Numbered from the stretch's first letter, positions 1 to 10,244 are shown. The stretch: 64,000 nt of DNA from an uncultured Candidatus Saccharibacteria bacterium (GCA_964429815.1 CAYSCM010000003.1:29297-93296); one strand, 5' to 3'. Notes: generated by a model from the sequence alone, not told the origin. A program made the numbers and translations.

Positions 1-428
1 ACCATACTGCTACCCACCTCTTGCACCAGGCGCTACGTGATGTTTTGGGACACGGAGCTCTCCAAAAGGGAAGTAATATCACTCCTGAGCGGCTTCGGTT
101 TGACTTTGCCTATCCGCGGAAAATGACTGATGAGGAAAAAAGGAAAGTTGAGGATATCGTGAACGCTCGTATTGCTGAAGCACTTCCCGTTTCTTACGAG
201 GATATTCCGTTGGAAGAGGCACAAAAGCGAGGTGCGATCGGTCTTTTTGAAGAAAAGTACGCAGACAAGGTGCGGGTCTATAAAGTGGGCAAGTATTCGC
301 TTGAGTTTTGTGGGGGGCCGCATGTGACGAACACCGCGAAGCTTAGCGTCGACGGTAAAAGGTTTCGCATCGAGAAAGAGGAGGCGATATCCGCAGGAGT
401 GCGGCGTATCAGAGCTGTGTTTGCGTAA
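1..428 (+). CDS. alaS: alanyl-tRNA synthetase, C-terminal part (5'-truncated by window edge)
   Basis: The frame is open from the window start. Carries the AlaRS editing-core motifs (HQALRDVLGHG, FCGGPHV, ISAGVRRIRAVFA). No C-Ala domain follows. Confidence 0.75.
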   Translation, partial: HTATHLLHQALRDVLGHGALQKGSNITPERLRFDFAYPRKMTDEEKRKVEDIVNARIAEALPVSYEDIPLEEAQKRGAIGLFEEKYADKVRVYKVGKYSLEFCGGPHVTNTAKLSVDGKRFRIEKEEAISAGVRRIRAVFA

Positions 429-448
429 GTACAGGCTATACTTAGCGT

Positions 449-1654
449 ATGAGCTTGTTATCCCCGCTGCGAAAAGCTGTCAGTGGAGGTCCGGTCGCGC
501 TCCTTGAGATAGGGAGCGGCTCCGTTGGAGCTCTTTATTTCACGCGCGGGGATGACGCAAAACACGTTCCTAGGTCAGTTTTTTTCGCGAAGCGCTACCC
601 CATGCCGCTCCAAGAGAGCCTCGATTTTCGACGCTTCGCCAAGGCGATGGAGGATTCTCTCAACGCTGCGACCAAGGAACTCTCCGAAAGCCCCGCGATC
701 AAGAAAAATGGGCGTCCGCATGAAGTGCACGTCGTATTCGGCGCTCCCTGGTACCTGTCGCGCTCAAAAGTGACCTCGATGGGTCAACCACGTCCGTTTA
801 TGGTCACCGATTCCATGCTCGCCGCCGTCAATAAGGCAGCTGTCGACGACTTTTTAGCCTCCGGCGAGGTAACGACCGGGGAGCAAATCGAGCATGCACC
901 AAAGCTTGTTGAGCATATGCCGGTCCAAGTGCTTCTCAATGGATACCCCACTTCCCGGCCTGCAGGGAAAAGAGTCACGACGTTTTCGGTCGCGATGTTT
1001 GAAAGCGTCGTATCGTCGAGAGTATTTCAGACCGTCTCCACCGTCGTCTATCACGCGCTTGGGCGCACCCCCTTGTTCCACAGCGCGTCGCTTGCGTACT
1101 ACAAAACCATCGGGAGCATTTTCACGGAACCAGACAACTACCTTATTGCCACAGTCGAACAGGAGGTGACCGAGGTATCGCTTGTCGAGGGTGATGTCCT
1201 CCGCGAGACGGTATCTTCCCCCCTTGGTACCAATCATCTTTTGCGTGCGCTCACGACGGAGCGCAAGACTGTCCCGGAGGAGGCATTATCCTTGTACCTC
1301 CTAGCTACTTCGATGCAAGCTCGCTCAGGAGAGGATAAAACGCTTGAAGCGCATCTCGAAAAAGCTCGCGTTAAAGCACTCTCATCGTTCGCCCAAACAT
1401 GTAATACGCTTGCAAATCTGAAACCCTTGCCGTCGAAACTCTATCTCCTTGCCGAGCCGCAGTTCGGTGCCTGGTTCGCACAGGTGTTCGCGGACAGCAG
1501 CTGCGCACAGTACACCAGTCTCGGTGATCCGTTCCAGGTCGCGCTTTTGACGAAGGATGCCATTGCGAACGCGGTCGGCGCGGAGATAAACCAGTTTCCC
1601 GATGCGCAACTAGGACTTGAAGCGCTCTACGTATCCCGCTTTGGCGCTCAGTAA
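449..1654 (+). CDS. hypothetical protein, possible actin-fold (ASKHA) ATPase resembling FtsA/PilM
   Basis: 401-aa ORF. The N-terminal LLEIGSGSVGALYF resembles the phosphate-1 motif of FtsA/PilM/MreB-type ATPases. The rest has no recognisable motifs. Confidence 0.35.
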   Translation: MSLLSPLRKAVSGGPVALLEIGSGSVGALYFTRGDDAKHVPRSVFFAKRYPMPLQESLDFRRFAKAMEDSLNAATKELSESPAIKKNGRPHEVHVVFGAPWYLSRSKVTSMGQPRPFMVTDSMLAAVNKAAVDDFLASGEVTTGEQIEHAPKLVEHMPVQVLLNGYPTSRPAGKRVTTFSVAMFESVVSSRVFQTVSTVVYHALGRTPLFHSASLAYYKTIGSIFTEPDNYLIATVEQEVTEVSLVEGDVLRETVSSPLGTNHLLRALTTERKTVPEEALSLYLLATSMQARSGEDKTLEAHLEKARVKALSSFAQTCNTLANLKPLPSKLYLLAEPQFGAWFAQVFADSSCAQYTSLGDPFQVALLTKDAIANAVGAEINQFPDAQLGLEALYVSRFGAQ

Positions 1655-1698
1655 TCCACTTTTTATCTTGGATTACGGCGCGCTATACTGAAACTGAT

Positions 1699-3018
1699 AT
1701 GGCAAAACAGCCGCTTCAGGATATTCTTCCGCCACGCCGACCACGCAAACGCCTCGCCGAGGTAATGCAGACAATAAGTCCCCAGACATCGCGTCCCTCG
1801 CCACCCCCACCCCCTCTGCCTCCCCCTCCAACGCAGCCGCAATCAATGGTGTCGGAAACACCACCCGAACCTTCTGGACGTCGATTGGTGCCGAGCGCGA
1901 GGGTGCTCATTGCAGGGGGGGTCGGTCTTATTCTTCTCACCATTGGATTTTCTTACCTATTCGGTGGTGCGACGGTGCGCGTCTCTGCCCACGTACAGCC
2001 GGTCAAAGTGGACGCACTTTCGTTTCAGGCAAAGAAGGACGCCTCCACTGGCCTCTCGTTCGAGGTCGAGACTGTCGAGCGTAGCGGAGTCCGACAGGTC
2101 ACGCCGACGGGGGAGGAAAATGTTTCGATAAAAGCGACCGGGCGTATCGTCGTATACAACAATTATGCAACCCAAGGTCAGCGCCTTATCAAAAATACGC
2201 GATTCGAGACCGGAAGCGGCCTCATCTACCGCATCCCGGAATCGATAACGGTCCCAGGAATCCACAAAGAGAATGGGCAAAACGTTCCTGGATCCATCGA
2301 GGTGGACGTCGTAGCCGATCAGCCCGGGGATCCGTATAACATCAGTCTCTCGGATTTCACTATCCCCGGTTTTAAAGGAACCCCGCAGTACGACAAGTTT
2401 TATGCACGCAGCAAAACACCCATAACTGGAGGCTTTGTCGGCAAACGCCCTGTCGTTCCAACAGCCGACCTTGTTCAAATACGCACCGATCTCGAGAAGG
2501 AATTGCGAGGACAGCTTCTGACGCAAGCTCAGGCGCAAAAACCTGCAGGATATCTTCTCTACGAAAGCGGAGCGACCGCCACTTTTGAGCTTCAGCCAAC
2601 GACGGAAAGCAACGGTCAGGCAGTGGTGACCGAAAAAGCGACCCTTTCGGCAATCATTCTTCGAGCCGAAGCGTTCGCTTCGACGATCGCGAAGGGAACC
2701 GTCGCCCAGTATGAGGACGAGCCGGTCCAGCTTGACAATCCAGAAGAGCTGACGGTCGTTTTTACCGGAGCAAGCAATCCCCTGGAGGAGTCTGTCACAG
2801 GCACCATCTCGGGCAATGCACGTATTCGCTACACCTTTGACCCAGCGGCCCTCCAACAAAATCTCGCCGGGAAAGCCAAAGAGGCCCTCAGCACGTTGGT
2901 AAACAACGACCCAGCCTTTAAAAATGCGATATCCAAGGCGACTGTCTCCATACGGCCTTTTTGGAAGGGACACTTTCCGGTAAACCCCAAGGGCATACGC
3001 ATCATAACGGAGAATTAG
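1699..3018 (+). CDS. hypothetical bitopic membrane protein (Pro-rich cytoplasmic N-terminus, one TM, large extracytoplasmic domain)
   Basis: 439 aa. N-terminal motif DILPPRRPRK, a PPPPPLPPPP tract, one hydrophobic helix (VLIAGGVGLILLTIGFSYLFGG), then about 340 aa of beta-rich sequence. Confidence 0.5.
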   Translation: MAKQPLQDILPPRRPRKRLAEVMQTISPQTSRPSPPPPPLPPPPTQPQSMVSETPPEPSGRRLVPSARVLIAGGVGLILLTIGFSYLFGGATVRVSAHVQPVKVDALSFQAKKDASTGLSFEVETVERSGVRQVTPTGEENVSIKATGRIVVYNNYATQGQRLIKNTRFETGSGLIYRIPESITVPGIHKENGQNVPGSIEVDVVADQPGDPYNISLSDFTIPGFKGTPQYDKFYARSKTPITGGFVGKRPVVPTADLVQIRTDLEKELRGQLLTQAQAQKPAGYLLYESGATATFELQPTTESNGQAVVTEKATLSAIILRAEAFASTIAKGTVAQYEDEPVQLDNPEELTVVFTGASNPLEESVTGTISGNARIRYTFDPAALQQNLAGKAKEALSTLVNNDPAFKNAISKATVSIRPFWKGHFPVNPKGIRIITEN

Positions 3019-3065
3019 CCGCCGACACTGCAATGTTTGACGAAAATAGGAGGTCCTGATACAGT

Positions 3066-3302
3066 GTGGTCTATTCGCAAAGGATGGACGCTGATAAGAA
3101 GTTACAGCCTGAAGTAGAAGGGCAGGTCGTTGAGGCTCTGCCCAATACGCTGTTTCGGGTGCAACTCCAGGGCGGTGAGCTTCTGTTGGCCTATCTTGCG
3201 GGGAAGATGCGTATGAACCGTATACGTGTCCTCGTCGGCGATAAAGTGACGGTGCTTCTCGACCCCTACGGGGGGAAGGGACGTATTGTCCGTCGCCATT
3301 AA
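3066..3302 (+). CDS. infA: translation initiation factor IF-1
   Basis: [19 protein letters not shown]...GKMR...GDKV...GRIV matches the IF-1 S1 fold. The true start may be the ATG at 3084. Confidence 0.9.
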   Translation: MVYSQRMDADKKLQPEVEGQVVEALPNTLFRVQLQGGELLLAYLAGKMRMNRIRVLVGDKVTVLLDPYGGKGRIVRRH

Positions 3303-3358
3303 CCCGTCGCGTTTATACATAAAACTGCCCTGCGGTTTTCGTGCTGTTTGGAAAACAT

Positions 3359-3475
3359 ATGAAAGTACGAGCTTCGATCAAGAAACGATGCAACAATTGC
3401 CGTCTCGTAAAAAGACGCGGCAAGTGGTACGTCACGTGCACGAGCGAGGCTCGGCACAAGCAGCGCCAGGGATAG
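3359..3475 (+). CDS. rpmJ: 50S ribosomal protein L36
   Basis: Hand translation gives [38 protein letters not shown] (38 aa, a zinc-ribbon L36). It is below the ORF-track size cutoff. It sits in the canonical infA-rpmJ-rpsM position. Confidence 0.9.
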   Translation: MKVRASIKKRCNNCRLVKRRGKWYVTCTSEARHKQRQG

Positions 3476-3502
3476 ACCACAAGCATAATCGATTGAGTCA
3501 CG

Positions 3503-3886
3503 ATGCGTATTGCAGGTATCACTATTCCCGATAACAAGAGAATGCCGTTTGCCCTCACGGCGGTTTATGGCATTGGCCGAAGCCGAGCACTGAGCGTCCT
3601 TCGACAAGCGAACATTGATGGTGTGAAAAAAGCCAAAGACCTTTCTGCCGATGAGGAGAACCGTATCCGCAAGATCATAGAGGATTCTTTCAAAATAGAG
3701 GGCGAGCTCAAGCGAGAAATCTCCGGAAACATCAAGCGGCTTAAGGATATCAAGGCCTACCGTGGGGTGCGCCACAGCCGTCGCCTGCCGGTCCGTGGTC
3801 AGCGGACGAAGACCAACTCGCGCACAGTCCGCGGTAACGTCCGCAAAACGATGGCTAGTGGCCGTCGCACCGTTGAGAAAACATAA
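3503..3886 (+). CDS. rpsM: 30S ribosomal protein S13
   Basis: MRIAGITIPDNKR...YGIG at the N-terminus; Lys/Arg-rich C-terminus. Confidence 0.95.
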   Translation: MRIAGITIPDNKRMPFALTAVYGIGRSRALSVLRQANIDGVKKAKDLSADEENRIRKIIEDSFKIEGELKREISGNIKRLKDIKAYRGVRHSRRLPVRGQRTKTNSRTVRGNVRKTMASGRRTVEKT

Positions 3887-3893
3887 CGTTACT

Positions 3894-4328
3894 ATGGGAA
3901 AAAAGCGCGTAGCACGAAAAGCGGGCGGGGAAGTCGATGCAGGCAAAAAGTCGCGAGCTCTTTCGCGTGGGTCCCGAAAAAAGATAGATGCCGGTATTCT
4001 CAATATCGAAGCGACCTACAACAACACGAAGGTCCTCCTCGCCGACAAGGCTGGTAATACTGTGATGTGGTCTACCTCGGGCGCTCTTGGGTTTAAGGGT
4101 GCGAAAAAAGGTACGCCGTTCGCGGCCGCCAAGGTCGGCGAGCTCATCGGGGAGAAAGCGGCCGCACTTGGGGTCAAAGAAGTCGACGTTGTCATCAAGG
4201 GGGTCGGCGCGGGCCGCGAATCCGCTATGCGCGCGTTCGTCGGGAAAGGCATTAACGTGGGGTCCATTCAGGACCGTACCCCTGTTCCGCACAACGGCCC
4301 CAAACCTCCTAAGCCACGCCGCGTCTAA
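3894..4328 (+). CDS. rpsK: 30S ribosomal protein S11
   Basis: Internal ATG of the 3762 ORF. MGKKRVARK...ILNIEATYNNTKVLLADKAGN...FKGAKKGTPFAA is the S11 signature. Confidence 0.95.
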   Translation: MGKKRVARKAGGEVDAGKKSRALSRGSRKKIDAGILNIEATYNNTKVLLADKAGNTVMWSTSGALGFKGAKKGTPFAAAKVGELIGEKAAALGVKEVDVVIKGVGAGRESAMRAFVGKGINVGSIQDRTPVPHNGPKPPKPRRV

Positions 4329-4329
4329 C

Positions 4330-4944
4330 ATGAAAATAGGACCACGATATAAAATCGCAAAACGATTGGGGGCCGGCGTCTTCGAGAAGACTCAAACCCA
4401 GAAATTCGCGCTCTCAGCCGAGCGCCGAGCGCGTTCGCGCGGCGGCAAGCACCCGCGCAGTTTCACCGACTATGGCCGCCAGCTCATCGAGAAGCAGAAA
4501 GTCCGCTTCACCTATGGCATCACCGAGGGTCAGCTTGCCCGCTACGTTAACACGGCCGCGCAGAAGCGTGGCGCAGAAACCATTGCCGAGCTTCATCGTA
4601 CGCTCGAGCGGCGCCTCGACAACGTTGTTTATCGCATGGGTATCGCACCGACCCGCCGAGGCGCTCGTCAGATGGTCGCTCACGGTCACATTCAGGTGGC
4701 GGGGAAGCGCGTGACGATCCCCTCCTACCAGGTCTCGCAAGGGGAGATCGTTTCCGTTCGCAAGGGAAGTCAGTCGTCGCCGCTTTTCGTCGCCCATGCG
4801 GAACGCATGGCGCAGGTGCAGGCGCCAAACTGGCTTACGTTTGACGCAGGGAAACTTGAAGGCGCAGTGGTGGGCGAGCCTGTCTATGAGGCCGGCACCA
4901 GCAATCTCGACTACGCCTCGGTAATGGAATTCTATAGCCGTTAA
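4330..4944 (+). CDS. rpsD: 30S ribosomal protein S4
   Basis: MKIGPRYKIAKRLG...S4 domain; the start is the ATG just after the rpsK stop. Confidence 0.95.
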   Translation: MKIGPRYKIAKRLGAGVFEKTQTQKFALSAERRARSRGGKHPRSFTDYGRQLIEKQKVRFTYGITEGQLARYVNTAAQKRGAETIAELHRTLERRLDNVVYRMGIAPTRRGARQMVAHGHIQVAGKRVTIPSYQVSQGEIVSVRKGSQSSPLFVAHAERMAQVQAPNWLTFDAGKLEGAVVGEPVYEAGTSNLDYASVMEFYSR

Positions 4945-4975
4945 TTTTTTATAAATTTATTCACTTTATTTTACT

Positions 4976-5926
4976 ATGGAATACAACGTTGCACTTCCCA
5001 GCAAGCCGCGCATCGTCGACGAATCGGGCTTTTCTGGCTCATACGAGATCGATGGGCTCTATCCCGGCTACGGCCATACGCTCGGCAATAGCCTTCGCCG
5101 CATCATCTTATCGTCTCTCCCCGGGGCAGCTATAACCGCAGTAAAGATCGAAGGCGTACCGCACGAGTTTTCGACCATTGAAGGCGTTAAGGAAGACGTC
5201 ATCACGCTCCTCCTTAACCTAAAAAAGATCCGGATTTCGATGACGACGGACGACCCCCAGACCATTACGCTTAAGGTTAAGGGCCCCGTAAGGATCACCG
5301 CCGCCGATCTCACCGTGCCCGGCCAGGTCACTATTCTCAACCCGGCGCAACATCTCGCCGAGATAACTGGTAAGGCCGCGCTCGAACTCGAAGCAACCGT
5401 TGAACGAGGCCTTGGCTACGTCGCGAAGGAGGTGCTTCGCAAAGAAAAGGTCGATATCGGTGCCATTTCCCTTGACGCCATCTTTACCCCTATCCGTCGC
5501 GTCAATTACGAGGTGGAAAACATGCGCGTGGGCGACCGGACTGACTTCAATCGACTGAGGATCTTCATCGAGACCGACGGCACTATAACGCCAAAAGAAG
5601 CCCTTGAGAAATCAATCGAAATCATGATCAATCAACTTCGCTCCATCGTTGGCTTCAAGGAGGAGATCATCGAGTCCCCAGTCTCCGCCTCGGAGGAGAT
5701 TATGAATGCCGACAAACCGGTCGATACCGAGTATCTAAAGACCCGCATTGAATCACTCGACCTCTCGGCGCGCACCGTGAACGCCCTCACGAATGCCAAC
5801 ATCCGCACCGTGGGCGGCCTTGCCCGCAAGCGCGAAGATGACATTCTCGAGATCGAAGGTATCGGCGAGAAAGGTCTCCAGGAAATACGCCGAGCACTTT
5901 CGAATTTTGGAATCACCCTTAAGTAA
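4976..5926 (+). CDS. rpoA: DNA-directed RNA polymerase alpha subunit
   Basis: GYGHTLGNSLRRILLSSLPG motif and an alpha-CTD (EIEGIGEKGLQEI). Confidence 0.95.
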   Translation: MEYNVALPSKPRIVDESGFSGSYEIDGLYPGYGHTLGNSLRRIILSSLPGAAITAVKIEGVPHEFSTIEGVKEDVITLLLNLKKIRISMTTDDPQTITLKVKGPVRITAADLTVPGQVTILNPAQHLAEITGKAALELEATVERGLGYVAKEVLRKEKVDIGAISLDAIFTPIRRVNYEVENMRVGDRTDFNRLRIFIETDGTITPKEALEKSIEIMINQLRSIVGFKEEIIESPVSASEEIMNADKPVDTEYLKTRIESLDLSARTVNALTNANIRTVGGLARKREDDILEIEGIGEKGLQEIRRALSNFGITLK

Positions 5927-5931
5927 TCTTT

Positions 5932-6285
5932 ATGCGGCACCACGATCGAAATCGAAAATTGGGACGACGCGACAGCTCACGCCGCGCCCTCCTTCGTTCG
6001 CTCGCGGTATCGCTTATTGAGCACGGCAAAATTACCACGACGGAAGCAAAAGCGAAGGAACTTAGGCCATTCGTGGAGCGCTTGGTGACTCATGGCAAAT
6101 CTGGTACGCTTGCATCGCGGCGTCTCACGATCTCTCGGCTTGGAGGCAACGAGAAAGCGACCAAAAAGCTTTTTGAGAGCGTTGCCAAGAAATACGAGGG
6201 CCGCGCGGGTGGTTACACCCGCATCCTGAAGCTGGGAAGCCGCGGAAACGACGCGGCGCCGATGGCGGTCATCGAGTTCGTATAA
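5932..6285 (+). CDS. rplQ: 50S ribosomal protein L17
   Basis: MRHHDRNRKLGRRDSSRRALLRSLAVSLIEHGKITTTEAKAKELR is a typical L17 sequence. Confidence 0.95.
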   Translation: MRHHDRNRKLGRRDSSRRALLRSLAVSLIEHGKITTTEAKAKELRPFVERLVTHGKSGTLASRRLTISRLGGNEKATKKLFESVAKKYEGRAGGYTRILKLGSRGNDAAPMAVIEFV

Positions 6286-6288
6286 GCC

Positions 6289-6633
6289 ATGGAAATTATC
6301 ATTAACGCACAGGGGAAAAGGCTCGGGCGTATCGCCTCAGAGGCGGCCCATAAACTCATGGGTAAACATGAGGCGTCTTTCAGTAAACATGCGCCAGTTC
6401 CGCACCAGGTCAAGGTCATAAACGCCGGCAGGCTCTCTATTTCTGAGAAAGCGCCGAAGCAAAAAACCTACCAGCGTTACAGCGGGTACCCGGGAGGTCT
6501 CAAGACGCTCACTATGCGCGAATTGGTTGAAAAAAAGGGCTATCCCGAAGTGGTGCGCCTTGCGGTCTACGGCATGCTCCCGCGCAATCGCCAGCGCCCG
6601 CTCGCCATGAAGCGCCTCACGGTCGAGAACTAA
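6289..6633 (+). CDS. rplM: 50S ribosomal protein L13
   Basis: GRLASEAAHKLMGKH...LSGYPGGL is L13-like; it is paired with rpsI as usual. Confidence 0.9.
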   Translation: MEIIINAQGKRLGRIASEAAHKLMGKHEASFSKHAPVPHQVKVINAGRLSISEKAPKQKTYQRYSGYPGGLKTLTMRELVEKKGYPEVVRLAVYGMLPRNRQRPLAMKRLTVEN

Positions 6634-6634
6634 T

Positions 6635-7033
6635 ATGACTGACGCAAAATACATCGAAGGAATCGGCCGACGCAAGACCTCTATCGCACGAGTGCGCATT
6701 ACCCCCGCAGGAAAGATTAGTGTCGATATCAATGAAAAAGATCTAGCGAACTATTTCCCGGTAAAAGAACTCCAGCATGCGGCTCTTTCACCGATTGAAC
6801 TTGCCGCTATTCCACAGAAATTTAAAGTAACCGTTAAGCTTATGGGCGGCGGTATTTCTTCCCAGGCGGAAGCGATGCGTCATGGTGTGGCTCGCGCTCT
6901 TGTCGCCTATGATCCGCAGCTTCGCAAGCTTCTAAAATCCGCCGGTTTCCTCAAACGCGATCCCCGCGCGAAAGAGCGCCGCAAGTTCGGCCTCAAGAAG
7001 GCCCGCCGTGCGCCGCAGTGGTCAAAACGCTAG
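6635..7033 (+). CDS. rpsI: 30S ribosomal protein S9
   Basis: GRRKTSIARVRI...GGGISSQAEAMRHGVARAL...RDPRAKERRKFGLKKARRAPQWSKR. Confidence 0.95.
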   Translation: MTDAKYIEGIGRRKTSIARVRITPAGKISVDINEKDLANYFPVKELQHAALSPIELAAIPQKFKVTVKLMGGGISSQAEAMRHGVARALVAYDPQLRKLLKSAGFLKRDPRAKERRKFGLKKARRAPQWSKR

Positions 7034-7097
7034 CACACAAAGGCTCCTGTCGGTGCCTTTTGTACGCATTGAGAAAAACGTAGCGTTAAGGGGTAGA

Positions 7098-7123
7098 AAT
7101 ACCCACTCTTGCGAGTGGGTATT
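7098..7123. terminator. bidirectional intrinsic terminator hairpin between convergent rpsI and the 7128 gene
   Basis: Perfect 11-bp inverted repeat AATACCCACTC-ttgc-GAGTGGGTATT. Neither flank has a strong U-tract. Confidence 0.5.
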
Positions 7124-7127
7124 GCTT

Positions 7128-7454
7128 TCAACTTCCCGAGAGCAAGAATCCTTTGCCAAGCTTCCCATAGGAGTCTGCCGTGGCTGCGCCTTTACGGTAA
7201 TGGGGGTAGTCCCACGATGGACCGTCGAGTCTTATGGTGACTTCCACGTGCTCGCCCTTGCCTCGTGAATCAGCTTCAAGGTGCGTCTTGAATGCGTAGG
7301 CGAATAAAAAGGCGTCGCCAAGCTGTCGCACACCCGTAAATCGGCGTGCAGCAGCTCTGCTGTCGCGTATCTCGAGGTGGGCAAATGCCGAATCTGGCCG
7401 GAGCGTGTAGGCATGGCACACGACCGTAAGTTCCACGTGACGGGTTTTAGACAT
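7128..7454 (-). CDS. hypothetical protein (108 aa)
   Basis: Internal ATG at 7452-7454, preceded by a GGAG ribosome-binding site. The protein begins MSKTRHVELTVVCHAYTL... No recognisable family. Confidence 0.45.
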   Translation of the reverse strand: MSKTRHVELTVVCHAYTLRPDSAFAHLEIRDSRAAARRFTGVRQLGDAFLFAYAFKTHLEADSRGKGEHVEVTIRLDGPSWDYPHYRKGAATADSYGKLGKGFLLSGS

Positions 7455-7535
7455 GAATGCTCCTTTCTCTATCCGCACGCACGGTAGCAAAAAGAAAAAA
7501 TTTGACAAGCTTGAATTTTCATCTAGTATTTCTCC

Positions 7536-8069
7536 ATGCCAGATGGGGAAGACGACGTCGTTTTTGACGAAGACGCCTTGCCTGCCGACAATCTCAAGAG
7601 ACTCCGCGAAAGGCTGAAGAAAGCGGTGGAAGAGAAGCAGGACTATTTAAATGGTTGGCAGCGGGCGAAAGCCGATTTCGTCAATTTCAAGCGCGACGCC
7701 GATGCCCGAGTGGCAGATTCGCGCCGCTTTGGTGCAGCCGAGGTGATCGAGGAACTTATCCCGCTTCTCGATCAATTTGACATGGCCGCGGCGGCGCCAG
7801 GCTGGAAGGAAGCGCCTGAGGGCTTCCGGAGGGGGATGGAGGGTATACGCCGGGGTCTTCACAAGCTTCTCGAAAATAACGGTGTGGCTTCCTTTAGCCC
7901 GACGGGCGAGTCTTTTAATCCACAGCGACATGAATCTCTCGGCAAAATTGAGGTAGAACGTGAAAGCGAAGATCATACAGTAATGAAGACTCTACAACCT
8001 GGCTACGAGCAACATGGTAAAATACTTCGTCCGGCAAAGGTCCAGATAGGAGAATACCGCAGCAAATAA
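7536..8069 (+). CDS. grpE: nucleotide exchange factor GrpE
   Basis: Coiled-coil N-terminus (KRLRERLKKAVEEKQDYLNGWQRAKADFVNFKRD) and a C-terminal beta domain. Placed immediately 5' of dnaK. Confidence 0.9.
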   Translation: MPDGEDDVVFDEDALPADNLKRLRERLKKAVEEKQDYLNGWQRAKADFVNFKRDADARVADSRRFGAAEVIEELIPLLDQFDMAAAAPGWKEAPEGFRRGMEGIRRGLHKLLENNGVASFSPTGESFNPQRHESLGKIEVERESEDHTVMKTLQPGYEQHGKILRPAKVQIGEYRSK

Positions 8070-8085
8070 ATCGTAATAAAATTAT

Positions 8086-9960
8086 ATGGCAAAAATATTG
8101 GGAATAGATCTCGGAACCACCAACTCGGCGATGGCTATCGTTGAAGGAGGGGAACCGCGTGTTTTGGAAAATAGCGAGGGAGCCCGTACGACCCCGTCGG
8201 TGGTAGCACTATCGAAGACCAGAGAGCGCCTCGCGGGGCTTTTGGCAAAACGCCAAGGCGTGACCAATCCCAAAAATACCGTCTATCAGATAAAGCGTTT
8301 TATAGGGCATAATTTTGACGAGCCTGGTGTCGCCAAAGACCGCGAGAGTGTCCCTTTTGAGACCCGCAAATCCCAAAATGGCGGTCTCGAAGTAAAGATG
8401 GGGGAAGAGTGGTATCGCCCGGAAGAAATTTCGGCGATGATTCTCCAAAAGCTCAAGGCTGATGCTGAGGCGCGCCTTGGCGAGAAAATCACAGAGGCTG
8501 TCATCACTGTCCCGGCGTACTTTAATGACTCTCAGCGTCAGGCGACCAAGGATGCGGGAAAGATAGCGGGACTTGAGGTAAAGCGCATCATCAACGAGCC
8601 AACCGCCGCAGCTCTCGCCTATGGATTCAACCGCAAGAAAGACGAAAAAATCGTCGTGTTTGATTTCGGGGGCGGGACTTTCGATATCTCCGTCCTTGAG
8701 GTCGGAAATGATGTCATCGAGGTCAAATCGACCGACGGCGACGCACATCTCGGCGGCAAAGACCTCGACCAGAAGATCATCAATTGGCTCGCCGATGAAT
8801 TCAAAAGAGAAAGCGGCATCGACGTGCGCACTGACGCCCTCGCGCGGCAACGCCTCGACGAGGCGGCGGAGAAGGCTAAAATCGAGCTCTCGACGGCACT
8901 CGAAACAGAGGTAAACATTCCCTTTTTGACCTCCGATGCCTCCGGTCCACGTCATCTCCTTATTAAACTGACACGAGCGAAGCTCGAGGAGCTTTCTGCA
9001 GAATTCGTTGACCGCGCCATGACCATCACGAAGCGCGCGATGGATGCCTCTGCGTTTAAGCTTCCCGATATCAATGAAGTCATTCTGGTAGGAGGCCAGA
9101 CCCGAATGCCTGCGCTCCAAAAGGCTGTCGAAGCATTTTTTGGGAAAAAACCGCACATGGGCGTCAATCCCGATGAAGTCGTGGCCATCGGTGCGGCCAT
9201 TCAGGGAGGGATTCTCCAGGGTGAAGTCAAGGATGTTCTTCTGCTCGATGTCATCCCTCTTTCTCTTGGCATTGAGACGCTTGGAGGTGTTGCGACCAAA
9301 CTCATCGAGCGCAACACCACCATTCCGACCAGCCGTTCGCAGACCTTTTCAACTGCAGCGGACAACCAAACCTCAGTAGAGATCCATATCGTTCAGGGAG
9401 AGCGAGCGATGGCTGCGGACAACAAATCGCTCGGACGATTTATCCTGGACGGGATTCCACCAGCTCCGCGCGGTACGCCCCAGGTAGAAGTCGGTTTCGA
9501 TGTAGATGCAAACGGTATTCTCAGTGTTAAGGCAAAGGATAAGACGAGCGGCAAAGAGCAGTCCATCCGGATAGAAGCGCGCTCGAGTCTCTCAGAGCAA
9601 GATATCGAGCGCATGAAAAAAGACGCTGAATCGCACGCTGCCGATGACGAAAAGAAAAAAGTGCTCGTGGAGGCGCGCAATATCGCCGATCAGCTTATCT
9701 ACACGTCCGAAAAGGCCCTTAAGGATGCAGGCGATAAGGTTCCGATAAGCATACGACAAGAAATCGAGGGCAAAGTAGGCGATCTTCGTAAAGTGAAAGA
9801 CGCACCGGAGGTCGCTGCCATAAGATCGGCTTCAGAGGCTCTGTCACAGAGTCTTGGGAAAATAGGGGAGGCCATGAAAAGCGCCGAAGGTAGGGAAAGG
9901 CCTGGCTCTGAAGGAGAGGCTCGGGACGCAGACTTCAAAGACAAACCCGATAATTCCTAA
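8086..9960 (+). CDS. dnaK: chaperone DnaK (Hsp70)
   Basis: [21 protein letters not shown] and [11 protein letters not shown] motifs; 624 aa. Confidence 0.97.
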   Translation: MAKILGIDLGTTNSAMAIVEGGEPRVLENSEGARTTPSVVALSKTRERLAGLLAKRQGVTNPKNTVYQIKRFIGHNFDEPGVAKDRESVPFETRKSQNGGLEVKMGEEWYRPEEISAMILQKLKADAEARLGEKITEAVITVPAYFNDSQRQATKDAGKIAGLEVKRIINEPTAAALAYGFNRKKDEKIVVFDFGGGTFDISVLEVGNDVIEVKSTDGDAHLGGKDLDQKIINWLADEFKRESGIDVRTDALARQRLDEAAEKAKIELSTALETEVNIPFLTSDASGPRHLLIKLTRAKLEELSAEFVDRAMTITKRAMDASAFKLPDINEVILVGGQTRMPALQKAVEAFFGKKPHMGVNPDEVVAIGAAIQGGILQGEVKDVLLLDVIPLSLGIETLGGVATKLIERNTTIPTSRSQTFSTAADNQTSVEIHIVQGERAMAADNKSLGRFILDGIPPAPRGTPQVEVGFDVDANGILSVKAKDKTSGKEQSIRIEARSSLSEQDIERMKKDAESHAADDEKKKVLVEARNIADQLIYTSEKALKDAGDKVPISIRQEIEGKVGDLRKVKDAPEVAAIRSASEALSQSLGKIGEAMKSAEGRERPGSEGEARDADFKDKPDNS

Positions 9961-9962
9961 GT

Positions 9963-9985
9963 AAAACCCCGCACGGCGGGGTTTT
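9963..9985 (+). terminator. intrinsic terminator after dnaK
   Basis: AAAACCCCGC-acg-GCGGGGTTTT: a 10-bp perfect stem that includes a run of four T. Confidence 0.7.
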
Positions 9986-10244
9986 ACGTCAGAGAAGGCC
10001 GAGCGAGTGGCCGAACCGCATGAGCGGCTGCATGATCGACAAAAGAAGTCGATGCCGCAGGTGCGTCGCGATGCGTTCGTAACGATCGGGATCCACACAC
10101 CTGCACTCCTTGAGGATCGCAAACGGCTTCTCACGTTTGTGCTCTCGAAGAGCCGGGCCAAGCGGGGGGCCGTGAGGTCGGTGAGATGATAACATGAGAC
10201 ACTCCCGCCTTTACTTTCTTCTTCCAAGCTCTATGATACCAAGT

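Noticed and set aside
8209-9156. 315-aa minus-strand ORF antisense to dnaK
   Set aside because: It lies entirely inside the confidently identified dnaK gene. Its composition is the mirror of a GC-rich coding strand and it has no ribosome-binding site or motifs. It is a typical antisense shadow ORF. The same reasoning rejects other antisense ORFs: 1957-3033, 20193-20833, 22261-22944, 39428-40575, 41200-42582, 46978-47865, 50850-51884, 51881-52850 and 53702-54253.
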